A stretch of DNA of 39,235 nucleotides from Betaproteobacteria bacterium (GCA_031427895.1 JANPOH010000388.1:1-39235); one strand, 5' to 3'; counted from the first letter of the stretch, positions 7,915 to 21,989 are shown. Notes: generated by a model not told the origin, from the letters alone. Numbers and translations: made by a program.

Positions 7915-10900
7915 TTGCGCCTCACACACATCAGCCTCGCGGGCTTTAAATCTTTTGTGGAGCCGACGCATATTCCAGTACCGGGCCAATTGGTCGGTAT
8001 CGTGGGTCCCAACGGCTGCGGCAAATCCAACATTATCGACGCCGTGCGCTGGGTGCTTGGCGAAACCTCGGCCCGCCATCTGCGCGGCGAAACCATGCAG
8101 GACGTTTTGTTCAACGGCTCCGGCAACCGCAAGCCGGTCAATCGCGCCAGCGTTGAGCTGATCTTCGACAACAGTCTCGGCAAGGCCGCCGGGCAGTGGT
8201 CGGCCTACGGAGAAATTTCGATCAAGCGCGTGATCGAGCGCGAAGGCGACTCCACTTATTACATCAATAATCTGCCGGTGCGCCGCCGCGACGTGACGGA
8301 TCTTTTCCTCGGTACCGGTTTGGGCGCGCGCGCCTACGCCATCATCGAGCAGGGCATGATCTCGCGCATCATCGAGGCGAAGCCCGAAGACCTGCGGGTG
8401 TTTCTCGAAGAAGCGGCGGGCGTATCCAAGTACCGCGAGCGCCGCCGTGAAACCGAATTGCGTCTGCGTGACACGCGCGAGAACCTGCTGCGCGTCGATG
8501 ACATACGCCAGGAGCTGACCAAGCAACTGGAGCATTTGCAGGGCCAGGCCGAGGTCGCGCAAAAATACCACGAGCTGCAGAACGAGTTAAATACGCTGCA
8601 AGGCCTGCTGTGGTTCACGCGGCGCAAGGAAGCTGCGTCGGCGCGCGTGCGCCATGCCAAAGAGATCGAGCGCGCCGGCACGGAACTCGAAGCCGAAACC
8701 GCCAAGCTGCGCGAATCCGAAAACCGGCTCGAAACCCTGCGCGCGGATCACTATAAATCGGGCGATGCGCTGCATGCCTGTCAGGGCACGCTGTATGAAG
8801 CCAATGCCGAGGTCGCGCGACTCGAACAACAGATCGCCCACGTGCGCGAAAATCGCAGCCGCATCGAGCATCACGTGGCGACGCTGCGCGCGCAGATGGA
8901 CGGCAACCAGTCGCAGTTGCTGGAGGCGCAACGCGGCATCGACGAGGCACGCGCCGAACGCGAGCGGGCCGATGCGCGCGTGATCGCGGCAGAGACCGAG
9001 GTCGCCACGCAGGCGCAAAAATTGCCGCTGGCCGAGGCGGCGCATCGCGAGAGTTATGCCAAGCGCGAGGAATTGCAGCGGGCATTGGCGCAGACGCAGC
9101 AACGCCTGCAGGTGGAGCAGACGCAGATGGGCCATGCCGTGCGCTTGCTGGATCAGTTCGCGCAGCGGCAGACGCGCCTGACGGAAGAACGCAATCTGTT
9201 GCCGGCGCCCGACGAGGCCGCGCTGACGCAATTAAGCGAGCGCGTGCGGCAGCTTGAAGTGCAACGCGCCGAGCAGGGCGAACAGTTGCAGGATAGGCAA
9301 TTGGAGTTGCCGGGGCTGGAGCAGGCGGCGCGCGAGCGTCGGTTGCAGTTGGACGCGGCAACGCAGAAGCTCGCGGCCATCGAGGCGCGTATCCACGTGC
9401 TGTCGCAGTTGCAGGCCAAGCTCGCGCGCGGCGCGGACATGGAGAACTGGCAGGCCAGCCGCCAACTCGATAAGGCGCCGCGCCTGTGGCAGGGCATCGA
9501 AATCGCCGTCGGTTGGGAGGATGCGCTGGAAGCGGTGCTGCGCGAGCGCTTGAACGGCATCGCGTTGGATCGCATCGACGGCGCGGCGGATTGGCTGTCG
9601 CAAGCGCCGCCGGGCAAGGTGACGATGGTGGAGCTGCAGGAGAACGTGGCCGCGTCATCCACGCACACCGGCATTGGTGGTCGCGGGGGGCTCGATGGTC
9701 TGGAGCCGCTGACGCGCTATGTGACATGCCGTGACCCGCGTTTGGCGCCGGTTATCAACGAATGGCTATGCGGGGTGTACACCGTGCCGGATACAGCGGC
9801 GGGCATGGCGCGCCGCGCCGATTTGCCGGCGGGCAGCGTGCTGGTGTCGGCCAACGGCTATGTGTTTACCCGGCACAGCGTGAGTTTTCACGCGCCGGAC
9901 AGCGAACTGCACGGCGTGTTGTCGCGCCAGCGCGAAATTGAAAAGCTCGAAAACGATCTGCAACAGGAGCAGGCCGTGCTGGAGGGCATCCAGGCCGCCA
10001 TCGCCGACGCGAACCAGGCCATCGAGCGTTGCCGCGGCGAGGCCGCCGAACTGCGCGACGGCGCGAGTTCCCTGCAGGTGCAGTTGCATGGCGCGCAGAT
10101 GGATGCGGTACGGTTGTCCGAGCAGACGCAGCGCGCCATGCAGCGCGGCGAACAGATCGCCACGGAAATCGCCGAGATTGTTGCGCTCGCCGCCGTCGAG
10201 ACTGCCACGCGGGCGCGGGCGGAAGTCGCTTTGCAGCAACTGCAAGCCAGTGGTGCCGAGGCGGTGGCGCAGGTGGAGCGTTCCGCGGAGGATTACCGCA
10301 GCGCCGAAGCGGCCTTGAGCGAGCAGCGGCAGACGCTGGAGCGGGCGCGTCAGGCGCATCAGGAGTCGCTTTATGGTCAGAAGACAATTATCAATAAAAT
10401 CAACGAGATAGAGAATTCTCTGCAACGTCTGACCGCATCGATCTCGTCGATTGAAAGCAGCATCAGCGAGGCCGACACGGATCTTTCTGGATTTGATGAA
10501 ACGCCGTGGCAAGCGCAATTACAGGCGATGCTCGAAACCCGCGTGATGCGCGAGCAGGCGCTGGCGGTGGCGCGCGACGCACTGGAGGGCATGGAAACGC
10601 AGTTGCGCGCGGTGGAGCAGGAACGGCTCACCGTCGAACAAAAATTGGCGCCGCTGCGCGAGCGCATCGCCGAGGCGCGCCTGAAGGAGCAGGAGGCGCG
10701 CCTTACCGAAGCGCAATACGCGCAGCAGCTGGTCGAGGCCGGCGCCAACGAAGAAGAACTCGCGGCGTTGCTCGAAAAAGGCACGCGCTCCAACGCGCTG
10801 CAATCGGAGATCAATCGGCTTACCGAAGAAGTGCGCGCGCTGGGCGCGGTGAATCTGGCCGCGCTCGAAGAGTTGAAAGTGGCGCAGGAGCGGCGCGACT

Positions 10901-11457
10901 ATCTCGACGCGCAGTCGCGCGATCTGACCGAGGCCATGACCACCCTCGAAGACGCGATCAAACGCATCGACCGTGAAACGCGCGACCGTCTGCAAACCAC
11001 CTTCGACGAGGTGAACCGTCATTTCGGCGAAATGTTCCCCGCGTTGTTCGGCGGCGGACAGGCGAAGCTCACCTTGACCGGCGAGGAAATCCTCGACTGC
11101 GGCGTGCATGTGATGGCGCAACCGCCGGGCAAGAAAAACAGCACGATTCACTTGCTGTCGGGCGGCGAAAAAGCGCTGACCGCGCTGTCGCTCGTGTTTT
11201 CGATGTTCCAGTTGAATCCGGCGCCGTTCTGCCTGCTGGACGAGGTGGATGCCCCGCTTGACGACCACAACACCGAGCGGTTTTGCGAACTGGTGAAAAA
11301 AATGTCCGTAAGCTCGCAGTTCCTGTTCATCAGCCACAACAAAATCACCATGGAGATCGCCAATCAGTTGCTCGGCATCACCATGCAGGAGGCCGGCATC
11401 TCGCGCGTGGTGGCGGTGGATATCGAAGAGGCGATAAAATTGTCCGAGGCGGCGTAG
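7915..11457 (+). CDS. smc: Chromosome segregation protein SMC
   Basis: GFKSF, Walker A GPNGCGKSNIIDA, long coiled coils, hinge region, signature LSGGEK, Walker B FCLLDEVDAPLD. Confidence 0.98.
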   Translation: MRLTHISLAGFKSFVEPTHIPVPGQLVGIVGPNGCGKSNIIDAVRWVLGETSARHLRGETMQDVLFNGSGNRKPVNRASVELIFDNSLGKAAGQWSAYGEISIKRVIEREGDSTYYINNLPVRRRDVTDLFLGTGLGARAYAIIEQGMISRIIEAKPEDLRVFLEEAAGVSKYRERRRETELRLRDTRENLLRVDDIRQELTKQLEHLQGQAEVAQKYHELQNELNTLQGLLWFTRRKEAASARVRHAKEIERAGTELEAETAKLRESENRLETLRADHYKSGDALHACQGTLYEANAEVARLEQQIAHVRENRSRIEHHVATLRAQMDGNQSQLLEAQRGIDEARAERERADARVIAAETEVATQAQKLPLAEAAHRESYAKREELQRALAQTQQRLQVEQTQMGHAVRLLDQFAQRQTRLTEERNLLPAPDEAALTQLSERVRQLEVQRAEQGEQLQDRQLELPGLEQAARERRLQLDAATQKLAAIEARIHVLSQLQAKLARGADMENWQASRQLDKAPRLWQGIEIAVGWEDALEAVLRERLNGIALDRIDGAADWLSQAPPGKVTMVELQENVAASSTHTGIGGRGGLDGLEPLTRYVTCRDPRLAPVINEWLCGVYTVPDTAAGMARRADLPAGSVLVSANGYVFTRHSVSFHAPDSELHGVLSRQREIEKLENDLQQEQAVLEGIQAAIADANQAIERCRGEAAELRDGASSLQVQLHGAQMDAVRLSEQTQRAMQRGEQIATEIAEIVALAAVETATRARAEVALQQLQASGAEAVAQVERSAEDYRSAEAALSEQRQTLERARQAHQESLYGQKTIINKINEIENSLQRLTASISSIESSISEADTDLSGFDETPWQAQLQAMLETRVMREQALAVARDALEGMETQLRAVEQERLTVEQKLAPLRERIAEARLKEQEARLTEAQYAQQLVEAGANEEELAALLEKGTRSNALQSEINRLTEEVRALGAVNLAALEELKVAQERRDYLDAQSRDLTEAMTTLEDAIKRIDRETRDRLQTTFDEVNRHFGEMFPALFGGGQAKLTLTGEEILDCGVHVMAQPPGKKNSTIHLLSGGEKALTALSLVFSMFQLNPAPFCLLDEVDAPLDDHNTERFCELVKKMSVSSQFLFISHNKITMEIANQLLGITMQEAGISRVVAVDIEEAIKLSEAA

Positions 11458-11491
11458 CGATGAGGATGCCGGTGACAACGGTAAACCGCAC

Positions 11492-14601
<3,110 letters not shown>

Positions 14602-14621
14602 CGCGTGAATGTTTTTTATCG

Positions 14622-14638
14622 TAAGTACTTGTTTTTAA
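14622..14638 (+). promoter_or_regulatory. IHF-like dispersed motif copy upstream of hpt
   Basis: TAAGTACTTGTTTTTAA in an AT-rich gap, followed by TATAAT at 14651-14656 abutting the hpt start. Confidence 0.45.
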
Positions 14639-14654
14639 TAGTAAATAATTTATA

Positions 14655-15236
14655 ATGACCATGTCGCCACAACGCGCCGACGAGATTTTGCAAGCCGCCG
14701 AGGTGATCTGTCCGGCAGCCGCGGTCAATGCTGCGGTGTCGCGCGTGGCCGGTGAAATCAACGCGGCGCTCGCTGACCGTTTTCCGCTGGTGATCGTGGT
14801 GCTGCGCGGCGCGATGGTTTTTGCCGGTCAGTTGTTGCCGCAACTGACGATACCGCTGGAGCTCGACAGCGTGGATGCCAGCCGCTACGGCGACGCCACG
14901 CGCGGCGGCGAGCTTACCTTCCGCGCGCTGCCTGCGGTCGATGTGCAGGGGCGTACCGTGCTGCTGCTCGATGACATCCTTGACGAAGGAATCACGCTCA
15001 AGGCGATACGCGATAAACTGCTGTCCATGGGCGCGCAAAAAATAATGATCGCGGTTTTGGCGGATAAACACACCGGCCGCGCGAAGCCGCTGGCGGCGGA
15101 TTTCACCGGCATCCGGCTGCCGGATCGCTATGTGTTCGGCTTCGGCATGGATATTCACGGCTGCTGGCGCAATTTGCCCGCGATTTATGCGCTCAAACCG
15201 CGGCAGCAGCCGCAGCCGCAGCCGCAGCCGGAATAG
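14655..15236 (+). CDS. hpt: Hypoxanthine-guanine phosphoribosyltransferase
   Basis: VLRGAMVFAG, ASRYG, PRPP loop VLLLDDILDEGITL, DRYVFGFGMD...WRNLP. Confidence 0.9.
   Translation: MTMSPQRADEILQAAEVICPAAAVNAAVSRVAGEINAALADRFPLVIVVLRGAMVFAGQLLPQLTIPLELDSVDASRYGDATRGGELTFRALPAVDVQGRTVLLLDDILDEGITLKAIRDKLLSMGAQKIMIAVLADKHTGRAKPLAADFTGIRLPDRYVFGFGMDIHGCWRNLPAIYALKPRQQPQPQPQPE
15207..15230 (+). repeat. (CAGCCG)4 microsatellite encoding QPQPQPQP at the Hpt C-terminus
   Basis: Four exact hexamer copies just before GAA TAG. Confidence 0.9.
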
Positions 15237-15245
15237 GGCGTAGCC

Positions 15246-15989
15246 ATGCTTGCGATCATCGGCGGCAGCGGGCTGGATCGATGTCCGGCGCTGGAATCCA
15301 CACGGCAAATCACCGTTGCCACGCCCTACGGCGAGCCGTCGGCGCCGCTGGTGCTGGGGCGCCTGAATAAGCGCGACATCGTATTTTTGGCGCGTCATGG
15401 CGCGCAGCATCATTTGCCGCCGCACAAAATAAACTACCGCGCCAATCTGTGGGCGTTGCAGGCGCAAGGCGTCGAAGCCGTTATTGCGATTGCCACGGTC
15501 GGCGGCATCGGCTCCAGTTTCGATGCAGGTACGCTGGCGATTCCCGATCAAATTCTGGATTACACCTGGGGTCGCGCTTCGACCTATTTCGACGGCGACG
15601 ATGGCCAGGTGAAGCACATTGATTTCACCCAGCCTTATTGCGAGACTTTGCGCGCGCGGCTGGCGCGCGCCGCGCAACGGATAGGCCAGCCCATACACAC
15701 CGGCGGCACCTACGCGGCCACGCAAGGCCCGCGCCTGGAATCGGCGGCCGAAATTACCCGGCTGGCGCGCGACGGCGCGGACGTGGTGGGCATGACCGGC
15801 ATGCCGGAAGCCGCGCTCGCGCGCGAGCTTGCGCTTTGCTACGCCACCCTCGCGGTGGTGGTGAACGCAGCCGCCGGCACCGGCGCCAGTGTCGAGGCGA
15901 TTGATTTGCCGCGGGCCGATGCGCTTGGCCGCGATCTGATGGCGCGCGTGATTAAAGTACTGGAGGCGGTGGCGGGCGATGGCGATTAA
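15246..15989 (+). CDS. S-methyl-5'-thioinosine phosphorylase (MTAP/PNP family 2)
   Basis: [55 protein letters not shown]. The Glu/Asn pattern points to 6-oxopurine rather than adenine specificity. Confidence 0.85.
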   Translation: MLAIIGGSGLDRCPALESTRQITVATPYGEPSAPLVLGRLNKRDIVFLARHGAQHHLPPHKINYRANLWALQAQGVEAVIAIATVGGIGSSFDAGTLAIPDQILDYTWGRASTYFDGDDGQVKHIDFTQPYCETLRARLARAAQRIGQPIHTGGTYAATQGPRLESAAEITRLARDGADVVGMTGMPEAALARELALCYATLAVVVNAAAGTGASVEAIDLPRADALGRDLMARVIKVLEAVAGDGD

Positions 15990-16512
15990 ACCGGTGTTAC
16001 GCATGGGCGATCCGCGGTTGCTGGAGCCGTCACGCCCGGTCAAGAAATTTCGCACGGACGAATTGCATGCGCTCATCACCGATATGCGCGACACCATGGC
16101 GTCGCTGCAAGGGGCGGGCTTGGCGGCGCCGCAAATCGGCGTGAATCTGCAAGTGGTGATTTTCGGCGTTGAAACCAACCAACGCTACCCCGACGCGGAA
16201 GAGGTGCCCTTCACCATCCTCATCAATCCGAAGCTCACGCCGGTGGACGATGAAATGGAGGAGGGCTGGGAAGGCTGCTTGTCCGTGCCGGGCATGCGCG
16301 GGCTGGTGCCGCGCCATCTGAATCTGCGCTATCAGGGGTTTGACGAAAAGGGCAAAAAAATAGACCGCACCGTCAGCGACTTCCACGCGCGCGTGGTGCA
16401 GCACGAATGCGACCACCTGGCGGGGATACTGTACCCGATGCGTATACGCGATATGCGCTACTTCGGGTACACGGCGGAGCTGTTTCCGGGCGAGGATATA
16501 GCTGACGACTAA
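15979..16512 (+). CDS. def: Peptide deformylase
   Basis: [25 protein letters not shown] motifs. Confidence 0.96.
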   Translation: MAIKPVLRMGDPRLLEPSRPVKKFRTDELHALITDMRDTMASLQGAGLAAPQIGVNLQVVIFGVETNQRYPDAEEVPFTILINPKLTPVDDEMEEGWEGCLSVPGMRGLVPRHLNLRYQGFDEKGKKIDRTVSDFHARVVQHECDHLAGILYPMRIRDMRYFGYTAELFPGEDIADD

Positions 16513-16521
16513 GACGGACGA

Positions 16522-19110
16522 CTAGATTTTCAACGTTTCAATCAGATCGTTTTCCATCCGCACCACCTGTTTCGGGTCATTCAGCGCGTCGCTGGTAATC
16601 AAAAAGGTATCCTCGGCGCGTGAACCAAGGGTGTTGATTTTGGCGGTATGCAAATCGATGCTGTAGGCGAGAAACACGCGCGCGATGCGCGACAGCAGGC
16701 CGGGCCGGTCGCCGGCGATGATGGACAGCACATGATACACGCCACGCTCATCGCGCTGAATGCTGACCTCGGGCGAGATCGGAAAATGCCGCAACTGCCG
16801 CGACAGGCGCGGCGTGGTCAGTTGCGGCAACGGGGTTTTCAGACGCAGCCGTTCGCCCAGCTCGTGTTCGATATAGGCGGTGAGATCGCGGTAATCGACC
16901 GCGGCGTTGCCCGAATCCTGCACCTGAAAAGTATCCAGCGCGTAGCCGTACTGCGCGGTGTAGATGCGCGCTTCGTGGATGTTGTAGCGGATGCTTTCAA
17001 AGAAGCCGCAAATGCGCGCGAATAAGGCTTCCTGATCCTGCACATACACCAGCACCTGCAAGCCTTCACCGGCGCGCGAGGGCCGCGCCTTGATGACCGG
17101 CGCGGGCGAGCGCGCGCGGTAGTAGAGCGTGCGCGTGTGCCAAGCGATTTCCTGCGGGTCATGGCGCAGAAAGTAGGCGGTATCAAGTTGGGACCAGAAT
17201 TTGTCGATGGCGCCGTCATCGATCGCGTAGAGGCGCAGCGTGGCGCGCGCTTCATCCTGGCGCGCGCGCTGGCTGTTTTCCACCGTGGGCATGTTGCCGG
17301 TGAGCAGGCGCTGGGTCATCAGAAACAGGTCTTCGAGAAGCTTGCCTTTCCACGCATTCCAGACCTTGGGGCTGGTGCCGCGAATGTCGGCCACCGTCAC
17401 CAGGTAAAGCGCAATCAGACAGCGTTCGGACTGCACTTTGGCGGCAAAGGTCTGGATCACTTCCGGATCGGACAAATCCTGTTTCTCCGCGGTGCTCGAC
17501 ATCATCAGGTGTTGCTCGACCAGCCACACCACCAGCGCGCAGTCGTCGGTGGACAGTCCGTGCGCCTTGCAGAATTTCGCGGCGTCGGCCTTGCCGAGGG
17601 TTGAGTGATCGCCGCCGCGTCCCTTGGCGATATCGTGAAACAGGCCAGCGAGGTACAGCACTTCGGGTTTGTCGAATTCGGAGAGTAGTCGGCTGCACAA
17701 CGGAAATTCATGCGCGAGTTCGGGCACGGCGAAGCGGCGCAGATTGCGGATCACGCGCAGGATGTGTTCGTCAACCGTGTAGACGTGATACAGATCGTGC
17801 TGCATCTGCCCGGCGATTTTGCCGAATGCGGGCAAATAGCCGCCGAGGATGCCCAGTTGGTTCATGCGGCGCAGTTCGCGTATCACCCGCTCGGGGCTTC
17901 GCAGGATGCTCAAAAACTGTTCGCGGTGGTGCGGATTGCGCCGGTAGGCGGCCCCCATGGTTTTGCGCGCGCGCCATAAGGCGCGTAGCGTATTTGCGCC
18001 TATGCCTTTGATTTCAGAGTGTTTTTGCAATATAAGAAATGTATCGAGGATGGCCTCGGGATGCGTTTCGTAAATATCATCGCGGCGAATGGCGAGCACT
18101 TCATTGCGTACGCCGAAATGTTCTGTCAGCGGGCGCAGTTTGATGTTGCGCGCCCCCGTCAGACGCGAACGCAGATTCTGCTGCACGATGTTGTCGATCT
18201 GCGACACGGCTTTGGCGGATTGGTAGTAGCGCTGCATCAATTGCTCGCTTGCCAGCCGGTGCGCGCGATTGGACAGACCGAATTGTTTGGCCAGCGCGGA
18301 CTGCAAATCGAAAATCAGCCGGTCTTCGCGGCGCCCGGAGAGGTAATGCAGACGGATGCGAAGGGTGTGCAAAAAGCGCTCGTGACGTTGAATATCACGT
18401 GATTCACCATCCGTGATGACGCCGCGCCGCACCAGATCGCGCCAGCTTTTGCCATAGCCCGTTGCCCGCGCGACCCATAAAATGTGGTGCAGGTCGCGCA
18501 AGCCGCCGGCGCGTTCCTTGACGTTGGGCTCGAGATTGGTTTCTTCGTAGCGTGCATGGCGCTGGCGCTGTTCGAGCAGCTTGGCCTGCATAAAGGCCAG
18601 CGGCTCCAGCAGATGCAGCGTGTCGCTGACGAATTGCTTGTAGAGTTTCTTGTCGCCCGTGAGTAATCGCGGTTCCAGCATACTGGTTTGCGCGGTAATG
18701 TCCTGACGGGCGATCTCCACGCATTCGGCGACCGTGCGCACGCTGTGACCGGTTTCAAGGCCGATGTCCCACCACGCGCCCACGAGGCTTTGCAGTTTTT
18801 CCTGCAAGGCTTCATCCGCAGGTTGCGCCAGCAGGATCAGCAGGTCGATGTCCGAATGCGGAAACAGTTGCCCGCGTCCATAGCCGCCCACCGCGACCAG
18901 CGCCATATCAGCGGGCATCTGGTGCGCGAGCCAGACGTCGCGCAGCAGTTGATCGACCAGCGCGCAGTGCTGGCGCAGCAGAACAGGCGCGGCGGGTTTG
19001 GCTTCAAATTTCGCGCGCAGCGTGGCGCGTCCGTTATCGAGCAGCCGTTTCCACGTTTCCGTGAGCGGCGGCGGTGCGTCCTCCTGAACAGCGCACGGGA
19101 CGCCGGCCAT
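16522..19110 (-). CDS. glnD: [Protein-PII] uridylyltransferase / uridylyl-removing enzyme
   Basis: GGYGRG.LFPHSDIDLL NTase, EPNVKE..GGLRDLH, HVYTVDEH, HDIAKG HD domain, two ACT domains (DRPGLL). Confidence 0.97.
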   Translation of the reverse strand: MAGVPCAVQEDAPPPLTETWKRLLDNGRATLRAKFEAKPAAPVLLRQHCALVDQLLRDVWLAHQMPADMALVAVGGYGRGQLFPHSDIDLLILLAQPADEALQEKLQSLVGAWWDIGLETGHSVRTVAECVEIARQDITAQTSMLEPRLLTGDKKLYKQFVSDTLHLLEPLAFMQAKLLEQRQRHARYEETNLEPNVKERAGGLRDLHHILWVARATGYGKSWRDLVRRGVITDGESRDIQRHERFLHTLRIRLHYLSGRREDRLIFDLQSALAKQFGLSNRAHRLASEQLMQRYYQSAKAVSQIDNIVQQNLRSRLTGARNIKLRPLTEHFGVRNEVLAIRRDDIYETHPEAILDTFLILQKHSEIKGIGANTLRALWRARKTMGAAYRRNPHHREQFLSILRSPERVIRELRRMNQLGILGGYLPAFGKIAGQMQHDLYHVYTVDEHILRVIRNLRRFAVPELAHEFPLCSRLLSEFDKPEVLYLAGLFHDIAKGRGGDHSTLGKADAAKFCKAHGLSTDDCALVVWLVEQHLMMSSTAEKQDLSDPEVIQTFAAKVQSERCLIALYLVTVADIRGTSPKVWNAWKGKLLEDLFLMTQRLLTGNMPTVENSQRARQDEARATLRLYAIDDGAIDKFWSQLDTAYFLRHDPQEIAWHTRTLYYRARSPAPVIKARPSRAGEGLQVLVYVQDQEALFARICGFFESIRYNIHEARIYTAQYGYALDTFQVQDSGNAAVDYRDLTAYIEHELGERLRLKTPLPQLTTPRLSRQLRHFPISPEVSIQRDERGVYHVLSIIAGDRPGLLSRIARVFLAYSIDLHTAKINTLGSRAEDTFLITSDALNDPKQVVRMENDLIETLKI

Positions 19111-19117
19111 CGTCAGT

Positions 19118-19915
19118 CTAAGCCGCCGCCGGCTCGACCGGCATGCCGGGGGAAACGGTCAGTACTTCGAAGCCGCTGTCCGTCACCAGTATGGTGTGCT
19201 CCCATTGCGCGGAGAGACTGTGATCCTTGGTTACGATGGTCCAGCCGTCGGGCAGACCCTTGATGTCGGCCTTGCCCGCGTTAATCATGGGCTCGATGGT
19301 AAAAGTCATGCCGGCGCTCAACGGCAACCCCGTGCCGGGGCGGCCGTAATGCACCACCTGCGGCTCCTCGTGAAATTTCCTGCCGATGCCGTGACCGCAA
19401 AATTCGCGCACCACGCTGAAACCGTTGCTTTCGGCATAACTTTGAATCGCGTGGCCGACGTCTCCCAGCCGCGCGCCCGGCGCCACCTTGCGTATGCCGC
19501 GCCACATGCATTCGTGGGTAATTTCGCACAGGCGCCTGGCCTGTATCGACGGCATGCCGACATAGAACATGCGGCTGGTGTCGCCGTGATAACCGTCCTT
19601 GATGACCGTGATGTCGATATTCACGATGTCGCCGTTCTTGAGTTTTTTCTCGCCGGGCACGCCGTGGCAGATGACGTGGTTGACCGAGGTGCAGATCGAT
19701 TTGGGGTAGGGCGAGTAACCCGGCGGGCAGTAGTTCAGCGGCGCGGGCACCGTTTTTTGCTCGTTCACCATGTAGTCGTGGCACAGTTGGTCGATTTCAT
19801 TGGTGGTGCGGCCCGCAGTGACGAACGGTGCAATGTAGTCGAGCACCTCGGCGGCGAGCTTGCCCGCGACGCGCATCTTTTCGATGTCGGCGGGAGTTTT
19901 GAGTTCGATGGGCAT
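19118..19915 (-). CDS. map: Methionine aminopeptidase type I
   Basis: CTSVN.VICHGVP, NIDITV..DGYHGDTS, GHGIG, FTIEPMIN, SAQWEHT. ATG at 19915 (MPIELKT) preferred. Confidence 0.97.
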   Translation of the reverse strand: MPIELKTPADIEKMRVAGKLAAEVLDYIAPFVTAGRTTNEIDQLCHDYMVNEQKTVPAPLNYCPPGYSPYPKSICTSVNHVICHGVPGEKKLKNGDIVNIDITVIKDGYHGDTSRMFYVGMPSIQARRLCEITHECMWRGIRKVAPGARLGDVGHAIQSYAESNGFSVVREFCGHGIGRKFHEEPQVVHYGRPGTGLPLSAGMTFTIEPMINAGKADIKGLPDGWTIVTKDHSLSAQWEHTILVTDSGFEVLTVSPGMPVEPAAA

Positions 19916-20078
19916 GCGATGACCGGGCGGGCGCACGGTAAGTCCTTGTTTTTGCAAAGGCGAGTATTGTATTTCAGAAAGCGCCTGTCGCCTTCCGGCG
20001 AAGGGGGGGTATTGGTATCTATCTGTTAATAAAAGCGTTTTGTGATTAAAGCGCTATACGCGCGCCCAGCGGTAATCC

Positions 20079-20108
20079 TTGAAGAAGGGCAAAATATCAT
20101 GCTAAAAT
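20079..20108 (+). promoter_or_regulatory. Sigma-70 promoter for rpsB-tsf
   Basis: TTGAAG-18 nt-TAAAAT with extended -10 TGc. Confidence 0.55.
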
Positions 20109-20182
20109 AGTAAGTTAGCTCGATTTGGCATTGTCGGTGATTGTCACTGGGGACCAAGCCGGGTTAATAAATTAAATTAAAT

Positions 20183-20264
20183 ACGCACATCCGCCCCGCG
20201 CCCGCGAAAGCCAGCGCATTGGGTGTCCTGAACAACAGGATATTGGCGGATGGAGGCTCAACCC
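20183..20264 (+). ncRNA. rpsB 5' leader (S2 autoregulatory element, t44-like)
   Basis: CATCCGCC (20188-20195) pairs with GGCGGATG (20245-20252). Inner hairpin GTGTCCTG/CAGGATAT. GGGTG and GGAGGC..AACCC elements directly upstream of the rpsB RBS. Confidence 0.8.
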
Positions 20265-20279
20265 AAACAGGAGAAGTGA

Positions 20280-21029
20280 ATGTCAGTCACTATGCGTGAA
20301 ATGCTGGAATGCGGTGTGCATTTTGGACACCAGACCCGATTCTGGCACCCGCGGATGGCGCCGTATATTTTCGGCCACCGCAACCGTATCCACATCGTCA
20401 ATCTCGAAAAAACCATTGTGATGTATCAGGATGCGCTGAAATTCGTGCGCAAACTGACCGCCAATCGCGGCACCGTGCTGTTCGTCGCCACCAAGCGTCA
20501 GGCGCAGGAAATCATCCGTGAAGAAGCGATTCGCTGCGGCACGCCGTTCGTCGATGACCGCTGGCTCGGCGGCATGTTGACCAACTACAAAACGGTCAAG
20601 CAATCGATCAAGCGTCTGAAAGAAATGCAGGCGATGGTGGCCGATGGATCGGTCGAAAAACTCATCAAGAAAGAAGCGCTGATGTTTCAGCGCGAGCTGG
20701 CCAAGCTGGAGCGCAGCCTTGGCGGCATCAAGGACATGGATGGCTTGCCCGATGCGATGTTCGTGATCGATGTGGGCTATCAGAAAAACGCCGTCGCCGA
20801 AGCCAACAAGCTGGGCGTGCCGGTGATCGGCGTGGTGGACACCAATCACACCCCGGAAGGCATTGATTATGTGATTCCGGGTAACGACGACTCCAGCCGT
20901 GCGATACGCCTGTACGCACGTGGCATGGCAGATGCGATTCTCGAAGGCCGCAATGACAGCCTGAATGAAATCGTCACGCCGGCCGGCGGCGAGGAGTTTA
21001 TCGAAGTGGACGAGGGCGAAAGCAAGTAA
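20280..21029 (+). CDS. rpsB: 30S ribosomal protein S2
   Basis: [31 protein letters not shown]. Confidence 0.99.
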   Translation: MSVTMREMLECGVHFGHQTRFWHPRMAPYIFGHRNRIHIVNLEKTIVMYQDALKFVRKLTANRGTVLFVATKRQAQEIIREEAIRCGTPFVDDRWLGGMLTNYKTVKQSIKRLKEMQAMVADGSVEKLIKKEALMFQRELAKLERSLGGIKDMDGLPDAMFVIDVGYQKNAVAEANKLGVPVIGVVDTNHTPEGIDYVIPGNDDSSRAIRLYARGMADAILEGRNDSLNEIVTPAGGEEFIEVDEGESK

Positions 21030-21047
21030 AGCGCTTAACGATTCAAC

Positions 21048-21084
21048 AAGGGGCGGCTCGGAGACGTGAGCGCCCCTTTTTTTT
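21048..21084 (+). terminator. Intrinsic terminator/attenuator between rpsB and tsf
   Basis: AAGGGGCG-G-CTC...GAG-CGCCCC hairpin followed by T8. Confidence 0.8.
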
Positions 21085-21101
21085 AACGGATGGAGTGTGT
21101 G

Positions 21102-21989
21102 ATGGCGGAAATTACGGCTGGCATGGTGAAAGAATTGCGCGAGAAGACCGACGCGCCGATGATGGAATGTAAAAAGGCGCTGACCGAAGCCGTCGGCGAC
21201 ATGAGCAAGGCAGAGGATATTCTGCGGGTGAAGCTCGGCAATAAGGCAACCAAGGCGGCGTCCCGCGTGGCGGCCGAAGGCGTGGTCGCCACGCACGTTG
21301 CGGCGGACGGCAAACTGGGCGCGATCCTCGAAGTCAATTGCGAAACTGATTTCGTGGCGAAGAACACGGATTTTCTGGCGTTTTCGGCGGCGGCCGCGGG
21401 GCTGGTGGCGAGCAAGAACCCGGCTGACGTGGCGGCGTTGTCGACGCTGGAGTTGAATGGCACGTCGGTCGAAGAAGCCCGCAAGGCGCTGGTAGGCAAG
21501 CTTGGCGAAAACGTCAGTCTGCGCCGCTTTGTGCGCATGCCGGCGCAAGGAAAACTCACCACCTACATTCATGGCGGCGCGAAAATCGGCGTGATGATTG
21601 ATGTGGTGGGCGGCAGTGATGTCCTGGCCAAGGATCTGGCCATGCAAATTGCTGCAACCAAGCCGGTGTCGCTGGCGAAGGAGCAGGTTCCCGCGGAACT
21701 GATTCAGAAAGAGCGCGAGGTCGCGGCGGCCAAGGCGGCGGAGTCCGGCAAACCCGCCGACATCATGGCTAAAATGGTCGAAGGATCGGTGCAGAAATAC
21801 CTGAAAGAAGTCACGCTGCTCGGTCAGCCGTTTGTCAAGAACGATAAGCAAACCATCGAGCAATTGCTGAAGGCGAACCATGCGACCGTGGCGTCGTTTA
21901 CGCTTTATATTGTCGGCGAAGGGCTGGAGAAGAAGAAGGATGACTTCGCCGCCGAAGTGAAAGCGGCGGTGAGCGCTGCAAGCAAATAG
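21102..21989 (+). CDS. tsf: Elongation factor Ts
   Basis: [37 protein letters not shown]. Confidence 0.99.
   Translation: MAEITAGMVKELREKTDAPMMECKKALTEAVGDMSKAEDILRVKLGNKATKAASRVAAEGVVATHVAADGKLGAILEVNCETDFVAKNTDFLAFSAAAAGLVASKNPADVAALSTLELNGTSVEEARKALVGKLGENVSLRRFVRMPAQGKLTTYIHGGAKIGVMIDVVGGSDVLAKDLAMQIAATKPVSLAKEQVPAELIQKEREVAAAKAAESGKPADIMAKMVEGSVQKYLKEVTLLGQPFVKNDKQTIEQLLKANHATVASFTLYIVGEGLEKKKDDFAAEVKAAVSAASK

Noticed and set aside
14616-16178. 520-aa minus-strand ORF, and similar long antisense ORFs (22001-23272, 8615-9727, 32778-33830, 35755-36804)
   Set aside because: Each lies opposite well-supported genes and has Arg/Ala-rich, non-protein-like composition.
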